DNA of 63,874 nucleotides, the filler included, from Octopus bimaculoides (lineage: Eukaryota), in NCBI RefSeq assembly GCF_001194135.2. It is 10 parts of 10 records of this genome, joined end to end, with 100 filler letters (N's around TTAATTAATTAA, not from the genome) between each part and the next. Parts side by side here need not be neighbours in the genome. Positions count along the whole stretch, not along the records: positions 1 to 16,756 come from NC_068986.1; positions 16,857 to 33,799 come from NC_068982.1; 8 more parts are not named here. One strand, written 5' to 3'. Of this stretch, positions 13,936-25,377 are shown in pieces. Each line of letters opens with the position of its first letter. Position 1 is the stretch's first letter. The notes below the pieces were generated by a model. That model was not told the origin of the DNA, did not search any database, and worked only from the letters and a program-made list of their open reading frames with translations. The translations under genes were made by a program, and so were the position numbers.

Positions 13936-13980
13936 CACACGCTGAAGATGGGTAACCACACAGAAACTCGAGTCCGTGTG
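13936..13980 (+). ncRNA. Minimal type-I hammerhead ribozyme, core intact
   Basis: CACACG-CTGAAGA-TGGGT aacc ACACA-GAAAC-TCGA-GTC-CGTGTG. Helix I is 6/6 bp; CUGANGA and GAAA cores present; helix II has one mismatch; helix III is the palindrome ACTCGAGT; GUC site with cleavage after 13974. Confidence 0.8.
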
Positions 13981-14127
13981 TAGTACGTAAGGCTTGAGAT
14001 GAAAGCGAATACCTCCCCTCACAAATACTAATCTGTCCCAGAGCGTGTGGCGTTAGCCAGCTGGAGGACATGTCTTCCTGTGGCTATAAACATCACTGTC
14101 CAGTATAGGGCATCACAGTTGGCTGGC

Positions 14128-14173
<46 letters not shown>

Positions 14174-15955
14174 CTCACATTTCTGCAGCATAATTTCAAG
14201 GTATTGTCACCTGTTATGCATAGGCAAGTTCTTGAGCGAAAACTCGACGTGTTGCTGCTCCATTCCCATGCAGTAAACGTTTATTGTCATCAGAACTCAC
14301 TCGGTTATGAAGTAGCCGCATGTCGAACATAAGTGCTGCGAAGCATGACACGTAAACTCAGGATATGCTAGGGTGCAATGGAAGCCAAAGTATAGAATTA
14401 ATAGAAAAAAACAGATATAGTATTAAAGAAGTCATAAAATATACAGGCTTTTTGGCAAACCACCGTTGTAATTGCATAACAGATAACTCAAACATTATAT
14501 GATCTTGCGAATTATCTCTTGAGCTTTTTGCAAGAAATATCATGAGTCTGTGTATGAGTGAGTGCGTGCGTGCGTGCATATGTGCGTGTGTATTCATATG
14601 TATATATCACCATATACCGTCATCTGAAGCTGTTACTATATTCCTGTCACATCCTGTCTCTTCCCTTTCTGGCCATATATACATATAAACACACAAACAG
14701 GAACACACACACACATAAACATAGGCCATTTTTTTTTCGTTCTCTCTATTTATATTTCTACCTATCCTTGTCTTTTTTGTACTCCATGTCTCTCATTCAG
14801 TTTTTTTTCACACAATTGCTCTTTTTCCATAGCTATTTCTTCTATCTTGCTTTTGTTTCCATTTATCATTCCGCATCCTTTTCCCTTCACGACCTCCTTT
14901 CTCCTTCTCCCCAACAATCTCTTCAATCCACTCTTTATTCCTGCTTACTTCCCTTAAACATTCTCAGTTTTTTACTCTTATAAACATTTTCTTTAGAGTA
15001 GAGCTGTTGATTGACGGAATCTTTAGAACCCCAGACAAAAGCTCTTAACTTATTTAACTCACGCCCCGCCAAAATATTTCAAACCATTTGTCAAGCTCAA
15101 CTTGGTTCAATCGAAAGCTTTCGATAAGTTAGTCATCGTAACTTAGCGGTTGGTGTCGATCCCACCCTCAGAGTTAGATAGCTCCAATGAACAATGACAT
15201 CTGCACGGTGGACAGAATAAAAGGCCATCTATCGAAGGCTTGTTGTTTGTTTACCTTTCAGATCATTTGTTCATTCCATTAAAATTATCCTCTCTCCTCT
15301 CTCTGCAAGCATTGAATCTCCAGCCAGTACAGCGAGAAGTTAAGGTAGCCATTTCGTTTCAATGGGACACGAAAGAGCTGTGTCAGCATTTACCATATAA
15401 GGACAATGCCTCCGTCACGGTGTTGAACACGAAAGAAATTGAACACACAGATTTCGACAAGATCAAAATATAGCCATAACAAGTCAGTGAGGTGACAGCA
15501 CAATCCAGATACATGAGAATTGGAACAGGGTTGAAGCTACCTATATATGTTTATCTGCTAGTCTCTCTTATATCTGTATCAATATAGCAGCAACAGCAAA
15601 ATTTTAAGCATAGCATATCTTTATCATTGTCACCCTGCCTTCTGCGCAGGCGTGCTTTTAGTTGGTACTATTGTAGTCATGTGATCGATGTTTGAGACTG
15701 GTCGCACCATTTTTCATTCTGGTTTACAATAGAAGCATGGTCGCTCCACTAGCAATGTGCACCAAAAAACAAAGAGCAGTGATCCGATTTCTCTGGTTTG
15801 AAGATGGGAAAATTCACGAAAAAAGCAACAGACGAAGACAGGTGGTGTAAACAACANNNNNNNNNNATTAGTATAACGCTCGGGAATAGAGAAAGTCTTT
15901 AACGTTTCGTGCCTACGCTCTTCAACATAAATGAACACAGAAAGAAACAAGGAGA

Positions 15956-15989
<34 letters not shown>

Positions 15990-15993
<4 letters not shown>

Positions 15994-16740
15994 GGTCTGT
16001 GAGAAAAACAGCAAAATGACACAAGTCACTCTACCAGAAATTTGGAAACAAGATGCTGTACTGCTTGCCATTCGCGCTGGACGCTCCAATACGAATATTT
16101 CAGAGTATTTAGACGTCAATTTGAGGTCTGTGCAATCTGAGCACATGTACTGGGAGTTATAAATGTCAAACATCCAGTCAACATCATGGTGTTTGGCGTA
16201 ATCACTAGTGATGGCGACGTTATACCTCCATTGATCTTGCCACACGGCCTCAGGTTGTGCACAAGAGGCCTAATTCAAGTGCCTGGAGGAGGTAGTGCTG
16301 CCCTGGGTCAAGAGGGTTGCAGCAGGAAGACCCTATGTCTGGCAACAGGACTCTGCACCATGGCACACAAGCAGGAAAACCGAGTCGTGATTGTCAGACA
16401 ATTTTTGCGACCACATCACACCTACCATCTGGCCACCTAACTCCCCAGACTGCAAGTCACTTGATTATTATGTGTGGGGCGCAGTTGAGGGGAAAACCAC
16501 CAAAACTTCTCTAAACACCAAAGATGAACCGAAGGCAAGGATTATGGCAGTACTTGCCAACTTAAACAAGGAGATCGTCCAGAAGAGTTGCAGGAGATTC
16601 CGAAATCGTATGGAGGCCGTCGTTGAAGTCAATTGGGATTCTATTTTATTGAATAAATTTACTCTAGTAAATACATCTGATGTCAGTATTATTTTCATTT
16701 TTTCGTAATTTAGGCGACAGTTTATTCACTGCAACCTGTA
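15990..16740 (+). mobile_element. DD37D (maT-type) transposase pseudogene, internally deleted
   Basis: HPVNIMVFGVITSDGDVIPP...; DNFCDHITPTIWPPNSPDCKSLDYYVWGAVE...CRRFRNRMEAVVE. N-terminal HTH-like piece at ~16020-16130; right end CAACCTGTA. Confidence 0.85.
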
Positions 16741-16800
16741 TATATATATATATATANNNNNNNNNNNNNNNNNNNNNNNNNNNNNNNNNNNNNNNNNNNN

Positions 16801-16812
16801 TTAATTAATTAA
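16801..16812. other. Artificial scaffolding linker TTAATTAATTAA (also 33844, 44799, 48296, 51128, 52900, 55066, 59229, 62437)
   Basis: An identical 12-mer with stops in all six frames, centred in N44...N44 (100 bp) nine times. Confidence 0.95.
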
Positions 16813-16856
16813 NNNNNNNNNNNNNNNNNNNNNNNNNNNNNNNNNNNNNNNNNNNN

Positions 16857-16923
16857 CATCCGGTTTCACCAGTCCTCAGTCAAATCGTCCAACCCATGCT
16901 AGCATGGAAAGCGGACGTTAAAC

Positions 16924-16960
<37 letters not shown>
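16857..16960 (+). mobile_element. RTE-type LINE/SINE 3' tail
   Basis: CAACCCATGCTAGCATGGAAAGCGGACGTTAAACGATGATGATG, near-identical to the tail at 32430-32486. Confidence 0.85.
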
Positions 16961-17429
16961 TATTATGACCTGCCCACAGCAGTGAAACTGAGTTCTAGAA
17001 GTGCTGTGTGTCCCACCCACACTTAACAAGAAAATCTCTCACATACTCTACCACAACAAACCAAACAACATCTTTACATCTCTTCCTCACATTTCCACTT
17101 CATGCACTAGGTTTACCTCCCAATCCCCAATCCTGTCCTCTTGGACCTGTGCCACTGTATCATTGCTCTCCGCTAGCTTCCAATGTGTGTGTCCCACCCA
17201 CACCCTGTCTCATTGTATCATTGCGTATGCCCAGCACTTTGCCACCATCTCTATCCAGCTGTCTCCTACTCTCTCTCTCTCCTTCTCCTGCACTTTCCTA
17301 AGGTTGGGTCTCTTCTACAGCAAGACACCTGTTTCTGTCTCTCTACCTCATGCCTTACTATAACCTTTCATCATCCAATACAAAATCACCTCCTCCAATC
17401 ATCCCTCCCTTCTCAAAAGTTTTTTTTTT

Positions 17430-17705
17430 TTGTCTTGCAAGTACTTGGTGACAATGTAAAGTGGTTGGCATTTGGAAGAGCATCCAGCTGTAAAAAACCT
17501 TACCAAAACTGACCTTGCCTGTGCTTGAGCCATGAAAAAGCACAAAGTCCACTCTCCTGAGTGGTTGGTGTTAGGAAGAGCATCCAGCTATAAAAATCCT
17601 GCCAAAACAGTTAGAGAAGTCTGGTGCAGGCTTCTGCCTGGCCAGCGCTTGTCGAACCATCCTACCCATGCCAGCATGGAAAGCGGACATTAAATGATAA
17701 TGATA
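17430..17705 (+). mobile_element. Older RTE-tail-bearing repeat
   Basis: GAGTGGTTGGTGTTAGGAAGAGCATCCAGC...CCCATGCCAGCATGGAAAGCGGACATTAAATGATAATG. Confidence 0.75.
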
Positions 17706-17765
17706 GGCTTGGCAGCTATTCATAACATCAGTAAACGGATATTTGTCCTCATCTTCTTTGCTGTT

Positions 17766-17810
17766 AACACAACGTTTCAGCTGATGTACTCTCAGCCTTC
17801 ATCAGGTGTC
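17766..17810 (-). ncRNA. Minimal type-I hammerhead ribozyme in inverted pLTR, core intact (family B)
   Basis: Minus strand GACAC-CTGATGA-AGGCTG agagtacat CAGCT-GAAAC-GTT-GTGTT. Helix I GACAC/GTGTT; helix III is the palindrome AACGTT; GUU triplet. Confidence 0.75.
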
Positions 17811-18622
17811 CTGGGGAATTTCAAACCTGGATGTATTAATAACACACACCAAGTATGGATCCAAGACATCCGTACACTGCAAGCCAACCTTCACTGAATG
17901 ATACCTCAACTTCAATTCCCACCATCCATACAGTGAAAAGAGAGGGATTGCTCAGTGCCTAAAACATAGAGCAAAGAATATAAGTAGCGATCCTGATACA
18001 CACCACAAAGAAATGATCAAGCTAAGTAACAATCTATTAAGCAACAACTACCCCCAAAACATACTATTCACCTCCAATTATGAAGAGAAGAGAGGATGAA
18101 ACCCATAAACTAACCACAGTCTGTCTACCCTATGTGAAAGGCCTCTCCGAAAAGAAATGCAGCCCATATGACATCAGGACAGTATTCAAGAGTAATACAA
18201 CACTTTGTAAATATCTCCTTTGAGTAAAACCACCAATAGAAGAGAATATGACCAAAGACTGCATGTACTCCACCCCATACAGCTGTGGTAGGTTATACAA
18301 AGGCAAAACATGCCACCCCCTTAAAATAAGGGTAGAGGAACATCACAAAGTTGTGACATGGGGAGATATTGATAAATCGGTTATAGCTGAGCATGTATGG
18401 AAAAATGGAGACCACCTCCACCTGTGGGATGAAGTTAAAATAATAGACAGAGAACACCACTGGAAAATAGGAAAACTAAAAGAGGTAGCACATATGCTAG
18501 GACATAATAAACTCCTAAGCAGACCTACTGCAGATATGAGTAGCATATGGGAATCGGTATTAAGGAAGGATAGGAAAATATTAGATTTATAAGCCCTAAA
18601 ATTCAAACCATAATTGCCCATG

Positions 18623-18696
18623 GACATATGGTGTAGTGGTTAAGAGTGCAGACTACTAACTCCAAAATTCTGAGTTCGATTCCAGGCAGTGACCTG
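18623..18696 (+). other. tRNA-like Pol III promoter cassette (SINE head)
   Basis: GGACATATGGTGTAGTGGTTAAGAGTGC (A box)...GAGTTCGATTCC (B box), with no recognisable SINE body after it. Confidence 0.65.
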
Positions 18697-18768
18697 AATA
18701 ATAATAATAACAACAACAACATCGAAAAATACCTTAGGAATGAGAACCCAGGTTCGAAATTTCCCGAA

Positions 18769-18812
18769 GACACCTGATGAAGGCTGGAGGGTATCAGCCA
18801 AAATGTTGTGTT
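18769..18812 (+). ncRNA. Inactivated hammerhead in 3' pLTR (family B)
   Basis: GACAC-CTGATGA-AGGCTG...CAGCC-AAAAT-GTT-GTGTT; CCGAAACG has become CCAAAATG, consistent with two CpG transitions. Confidence 0.7.
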
Positions 18813-19886
18813 AACAACAAAGAAGATGAGGACATTGTAAATAATGTACAAGTTACTTAGTGACCTCACTGCTGCTGGTGCCATGTAAATACTACCCAGT
18901 ACACTCTGCAAAGTGGCTGGTGTTAGGAAAGGCATCCAGCCATAAAAAAAAAAAAAAAACATGCCTGTTCCTGTCAAACCATCCAACCTACACCAGCATG
19001 GAAAATGGACATTAAATGATTGTAAGAATTTTCCATGCACCATTCAGTACATTCATTATTATTATACTTATTTCAAATGAAGCGAAAAGCTTATTTAAGC
19101 TATTTCCCATCCCATAATTTATTTCTTATTGCAGTATGTTATTTTAAAGTACCCCTTCTTTTTTATTTCATGTTTTTAAAGACTTAGTAAACAGAGGAAG
19201 ACAGCGCCTATCTTTTTTTAATTTTTTTTTCCACAATCTGTAAGACTGGTAAGAGAAATGAAGGGAATTATCTTCAGACTGGAAATCTGAAGAAAGGAAA
19301 TGAAATTCATTGTAACAATCCCATTTTATTAAAGGTGTTTACTTTACTAACTGTTGTAATAGTGTAGAGGTGGAAAAAAAGGATAATCCTTCATAACAAG
19401 ATTTGAACTAAGAATCCCAAAAAAGGAAATTAAATATTGTAAAGCATTTAATCTGGTGTTTTGTTTTTCTTGTGAATAAATTTTTTTAAAGCTACTTAAA
19501 AGGTGACATATTTAATTATCATATAAACTTGTGTGATAAACAAAGCCAGCTGCTTCTTGTTTCATGATCAAAGTGGATATGTTGACAGGTGATCAAACAT
19601 AGACATTTTGCTCAGAAAACCTGGGACATAGCTGTTGTTGCATAGTCCTAGGTCAGCCCTGACTGAATAAATCTATAGCCAAAGGCATTCCAGGCTTGCC
19701 CATCCCATCTTTTATTCAGTGTACCTAGGACAGCATTATCTAATGTGTCCTAGATGGTATATGATTTGGGGAAGATTTGGCTGCTATTTCTACAGGTCAA
19801 GTGACTGCATAAACTTTCCTTGTTGGCTCACTGAGACATAACTAATTCTAACAGTTAAGTGAATAGAATCATGTAACCAGGCTTCA

Positions 19887-20067
19887 CCCTTTAGCATTCA
19901 GATTACTGGTCAAATGTAATGCTTATTTATTCCCATTGTTTTGAATTAATCATGCATTATCTTGTGGCATCAAGATTTTGATGATGAGGGTAGCCGTGAG
20001 AGGCAGGATCTGGTCCATTTCAATGTAAAATAGGTAGAATATTTTGGATGGTTTAAATGATAAAGGG
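19887..20067 (+). mobile_element. piggyBac-like MITE (other copies ~44070-44279, ~48670-48810, ~55122-55258, ~57113-57235)
   Basis: Termini CCCTTTAGCAT...ATGATAAAGGG followed by TTAA; shared body CAAATGTAATGCTTATTTATT...GAATTAATCATGCATTA. Confidence 0.7.
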
Positions 20068-20257
20068 TTAAACTCCCAAACTGTAAACCTATTCTCCAAA
20101 ATATCATTTTATCTCCACTTCTACTAAATAACCTTCCTAAGAGAAGCTACCAAGGAACTTCAGACCTGTTAGAAATAGCAACCAAATCACCATTATATCA
20201 TACCCACTGACTTAAAAATGTGGGAAAGGATAAACTGTAAAATATATCATATAGAAA

Positions 20258-20670
20258 GGCGGCGAGCTGGCAGAAACGTTAGCACGCCGGGCAAAATGCT
20301 TAGTGGTATTTCGTCTGCCGCAACGTTCCGAGTTCAAATTCTGCCGAGGTCGACTTTGCCTTTCATCCCTTCTGGGTCAATTAAATAAGTACCAGTTATA
20401 CACTGGGGTTGATGTAATCGACTTAATCCGTTTGTCCCCTCTGTGTAGCCCCTTGTGGGCAGTAAAGAAATAAGAAACGTTAGCATGCCAGGCAAAATGC
20501 TTAGCGGTATTTTGTCTGTCTTTACATTCTGCGTTCAAATTCCGCCAAGGTCGACTTTGCCTTTCATCCTTTTGGGGTTGATAAATTAAGTACCAGTTGC
20601 GTATTGGAGTCGATGTAATCGACTAGCCCCCTCCCCCAAAATTTTGGGCCTTGTGCCTAGAGTAGAAAAG
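20258..20670 (+). mobile_element. Dimeric tRNA-derived SINE with 17 bp TSD
   Basis: Two tandem units sharing AGAAACGTTAGCA...GCCTTTCATCC...TAAGTACCAG. Flanked by AATATATCATATAGAAA at 20241-20257 and 20671-20687. Confidence 0.85.
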
Positions 20671-22960
20671 AATATATCATATAGAAAACCAAAAAGAAAT
20701 ATAATGTTAGGATGGTCATGGCATGAGAGCATTTGATCAAATGTTAACTCAATTAAAGCTAGCTCAGGGCTAAGCAACAGCAACCTTTGAAGTATATGTT
20801 AAACAGAGAAAAAAAACTATTTTTAAAAAGCTATTATTAATAACAGTGAATGGACAATAGACTTGGTAGAGCATTGGATAAAATATCTCATTTTTGATAT
20901 TTGCTCACATCCCCTACATTTTGAGCTCAAATCCTACTAAGGTTTCATTTTATTTTTCATCTGCCTGAAGTCATTAAAATAGGTATCGGTCAATAAAAAT
21001 AAGCACTGGAGTCAATGTAAGCATTAATATTCTAGAAAGCAGTGCTTCAGTATGGTCACATTCGAATGAGTGAAAAAATTAAAAAGAGTGATAAAATGTT
21101 GTGCTAAACTATAGTCTAATTCATCAATAACTGCAGTTTCTGGAGCTGAAACATCAGTAACATTTCCTTAAGGAGTATACATTGAGATGGTTTTTAGATA
21201 TTTTTATCAGTGCCTGTTCCACCGGGCTACAGTTCTCGGACGGAAGGACCAGATGAATTTGGTAACAAATATGGGAGAAGACAGGTGTTGGGGGGGGGAT
21301 GACTGTAGCAGTAATATAATAGGCAGAGAGAGGCAATAGCAAGTAAGCTAATGCTTGTAGTGTATTGGTGAAGGCATCATTAGCAGAAGGGCCTGTTCTT
21401 GGTTGTTGTCTACAAGATTTGTACATGTAGCAGCAGCATTTTGCCACGATGTGGTATGAGTATTGTGTGAACAGTACACCAAAGTGGGTATTTAGCTTCT
21501 GACCCTGAAAGATCATTAAAGAGTGAGAAGCCTAGTATTTGTAAACAACTTTAAGGGTTACAATGGTGCACTGGTGGTAAGGTATAGCAGCAACTGTGTC
21601 TTTGTACTATTCAAAGAGATGAGGTTGTAAAGTTATTATTCATGTTAATGCAGCAGATTTGGTATCAGAAGCTTACATTGTATGTGGATAATGCCTGTGT
21701 CTAGACCATTTAGGGATAAAGTGCGATAGAGGTTCGTATAAAATTTAGCTGCTAAAGTTTATCAGCAATAAATTGGCTATACTTTCACAATAAATAAAAT
21801 TTTTTTAACAATTTTTGATATAAAATTCCTAATAATATTTAATTATAAAAATATGGGTTTTTTTTTTAAACATCGAATAGCTATGGGGGTCACCCGAACA
21901 AAATAGGACTCAAAGAGGTCCACAGGTAAAAAATGGTCAAGAAGCACTGATATAGATCATTAAAGCACAGAAGGAGTGTGAAGGACATCACCAAACCTAG
22001 AGATACAACAGAGTTATGGAATAGCAGTTGGAGAGAACTCAATCATCATATGTTCATTAATAGATGGAGAGAGGCAAAAGAAAAAAAAGACAAAAACAAA
22101 AAATTCATTTCTGATTATTTATTTAATTTTTTTTTTAAAAAGCAAACATTCTATAATACAATATGTGAATAATAAACATATTCAATAGAAATATGAAATA
22201 AAATTGATATTGCTTAGTCTCTTTCCAGAGAAAAAAATGTAGAGAACCACCATCAGCTTTTAGTTGTATATAATGTATTTTGTACTACATATGTTAGTGA
22301 GAACCACAAGATTTATTTTGAGTTGACTTTAAACAGAAATTTGTCACTTGATTGATTGACTCATTAATTAAAACTAGAAACTCTTTGGCTTCTTTAGCTG
22401 AAGTTTAAGTTTTGCTTGGTGGCCAAGATTCTGCAGAACTATTTATAGAAATTTGGTGCAATCTTTCTAAATAGGAAGTAAGAAAAAGCTAAATCTTTTT
22501 TTTTTTTTTATTAAATTAGAAATATCTATTCTTTCAACATGAAAACAATGTTAGAAATAGTGAAATTTAATGCAGTAAATAGTGAAAATTAAAATAATTT
22601 CAATGAGTTAAGTTATATATATATATATATATATGTATATAGCTTACAAAATTTTAATTTAGAGCTATCTTTTCACTGTTTAAAAATCAAAAAGGTTAAA
22701 GAAAAACACAAAAGTTTTAGTATTATATTAGAACACATAAACATTAAAAAGTTTAATTGTTAAGGTTATATAAAAAAAAAATCAAAAGAATAAATACTAA
22801 AGTGAAAATAGAATATATAGCTAGATTCTAAAACAATTTTTACAAAATTTTTCATCCCAATTTTCTTAAGATTAAACCTAAAGAAAAAAGGTTCACTGTA
22901 TTTGTTATAATAAATATATATAATTTTGAACATGCTGTCAAATTTGACAATATCTGAAGT

Positions 22961-24999
22961 TAGTCTCTAATACTGGGATGCCAATTTTGGCAAAATTCAT
23001 TTTCTTCCCAAATTGAGGCAAAAGTGTACTTGTTGGTATCACATTGAAAGGTAAGAATTTAAATTACAACTTCAGCTCAAGGGGACAATGGAGAGCCCAA
23101 TAGGAAGCATGTAAGAGATTTGAGAAGCTTGACTGTGTTTTTGATGGAAGTGGCAATATTCAAATAGCTCTAATATTTGTGTTGAGAGTATGATCTGAAT
23201 ATATTTGGTGTCATTTGGTTTGAAATGAAGATCTACACTCATATTTATAATTAGTTTATCCCTATAAGGTACTGTGTCTACAATATCAATATGAATTATT
23301 TAACATCAGGTTTATTTAGCGATAATTCAAAATTGGCAAGGAACAAGAAAAAACCCCACAAAAAACTACAAGAGATAAACTAAAAGCAACAAGAAAATGT
23401 AATATCAAGTAAGTTTGCATAATACATATGAATAATAAAGGCAATCCCTTCAAATCATCAACAACTCTAAACAACCAGAATATAAAGAAGACAAATATGA
23501 AATGCATTAAATGGAAGTGAAAGGAACTGGGAGAGTGATTCCTATTAGTAAAAACCCTACCATCTTAAAGTACTGAATTCTAACCAGTCCTGAGATTAGC
23601 TTTTGTGAAGCAGAAAGAAAAGGTAATGAAGAGCTTGTCATCATGAGGAAAGAAGTGCAACTCGACATCATTTCTAGGTCCATGGGACAGGCTCACTAGA
23701 TAGTATTATTAATATCAGAAATTAGCTTGAGGAAATCAGTGTAGACCTGGTAACACTAGATAATAAGCATGTGATTATGGGTCTGGTGAAGCCCCTATCT
23801 GAACCTTTGAATTGAGGGGGCAAGAAAAATATAATTACTTCTAGAAAAGAAGTACTTGAGAAAAATTATATTTTTTTCAAAATGTCAATCAAGAAAAATC
23901 TACTAATGGTTTTCCATGGAAATTTCAACAGAAAACATCACTTAGTAATATAACATACAAATTCAAGTTTAAAAGAAACAACACTCAAAGCAACGGCTCT
24001 CTTTTACGCTTTCTCTTGATCAAACAGCACATCAACTTTTAAGCTTAATAAGAAACAATACTGCTGAGAGATGAATGACAGAACTTGTCACGTAACTGAT
24101 ATCACAGTTGCAGCTAGCACACTATATCATCAAATATTACAGTAGAAAGAAGTTGTGATGCAGCTTGTCTGTAGGCTGTATTCCAATGAAAATTATGTAG
24201 ATGATACCACTGTTGATCTCTTGAGAATGAAAATGTTCAGCCACAAGACAATGGATAAGGAAAAGCTAACTCCAACAGCTGACACTTTAGACCAGCATCT
24301 CAAAAGGAGCATCTTTCAAGCAGATATATTTGGATTACAGCCTGTGAGTGATGATACTTGTGCAAGACACCTACAATCATGGATTGAGAAAGACAGGAAG
24401 CTAGTTCTAATTTGGACAACTCTAATCTTTGCAAACAATGTCTTTGATCTTGATGTAAAATGTTCCTACATAAAAACATGACCATTTTTTGTATATTCAT
24501 CACAAATTTTAAAACACTTTCCGCAGTTTATAAAACATTTAATGTATTTAATCTTTGTCTTCTTTAAAATTTGCCTGTTAAAAGACTTTGATGATTTGAG
24601 AGTGCATATAACATTATATAAACACTGTCTGATATTAAATTTGATTACTTTTTTGTTATTAAATATTTTCAAATCATCTCCAAAATAACCTGATGTTAAA
24701 AGATTTACTCTATAAACACAGTATCTTATGGAGATAAATAAGTAATCTCTATTCGAAAGCAAGTGAACCCCAGATATACTTAGACTGGACCATCAACTCA
24801 AATGTTAAAGCTTTTTGGATATTGTCATTTTTCATGTAAACATGGGCTCATGTGCCATTCAGCCCTACATAATTACAATTGGGTTGATCATTGTCGATTC
24901 AGATTGAAGTTGTAATTTCATTTTTTACCTTTAATGTAATCGCTAAAAGTAAATATTTGCATCGATTTGAAATAACTGGTTGTTGGGGCACCCTGACTA
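22961..24999 (+). mobile_element. Academ-type DNA transposon, internally deleted, with ~350 bp degenerate TIRs
   Basis: TAGTC...GACTA termini. 22961-23334 aligns by eye with the reverse complement of 24662-24999. Internal frame reads ALFYAFS*SNSTSTF (XPG/H3TH FHAFSGCDTTS-like) and VDLLRMKMF...KLTPTADTLDQHLKRSIFQA...LVLIWTTL...VKC. Confidence 0.7.
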
Positions 25000-25377
25000 T
25001 AAGGAATACTCTCATTTACTGATAACAACCCACTCAACATAACTGATAGTATATTCTTTACTGACTCCCAGAATGGAGCTGTACAGACATGTAATTCAAA
25101 GATTAGTAAATATTATATTGAAATGGGTGCACTCCAAGACCATAAAATCTTGCTTTATATGAAGGATAAAACAGTTTTTATTTTCACTTTAACAAGGAGT
25201 GCTCTGAGGTAATTTGTGTTGGCCTGATTTGCTTTAGAATATCATATCACTATGTTTTTGCGCTTCTCTGCCTGTCTCTCACCAAAAGCACTGTGATTTG
25301 TCCTGCAATTTCAGACATGCTTGAGCAAGATCTCCAATCACTGTTTGGAATGGGGTGAAAGATCATATCCCAGACCA

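Larger units (their letters stand above)
13671..14133. mobile_element. Fold-back element: two inverted ~200 bp arms, each carrying a hammerhead motif (family A)
   Basis: 13671-13877 is the reverse complement of 13936-14133 with scattered mismatches (e.g. TTTATAGCCCCAGGAAGACATCTCCTCCAGCTG vs CAGCTGGAGGACATGTCTTCCTGTGGCTATAAA). Both ends abut TA-rich sequence. Confidence 0.85.
17740..18835 (+). mobile_element. 5'-truncated Penelope-like element with inverted pLTR pair
   Basis: Reads SVHCKPTFTE*YLNFNSHHPYSEKRGI...NNYP; TVCLPYVKGLSEK; KDCMYSTPYSCGRLYKGKTCHPLKIRVEEH...KSVIAEHVWKNG...WDEVKIIDREHHWKIGKLKEVAHM (GIY-YIG). 17743-17830 is the reverse complement of 18748-18835. Confidence 0.9.

Noticed and set aside
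15100-15130. 14 bp palindrome TCGAAAGCTTTCGA, considered as a hammerhead helix III
   Set aside because: No CUGANGA core with a matching helix I on either strand.
15240-15540. Possible Tc1/Tc3 relic (KDNASV or QHRDGGIVLIW)
   Set aside because: Motif hints fall on opposite strands and are mutually inconsistent; not supportable.
16757-16856. Recurrent TTAATTAATTAA palindrome, nine times, looking like a regularly placed motif
   Set aside because: Always centred in N44...N44; it is an artificial six-frame-stop gap linker, not biology.
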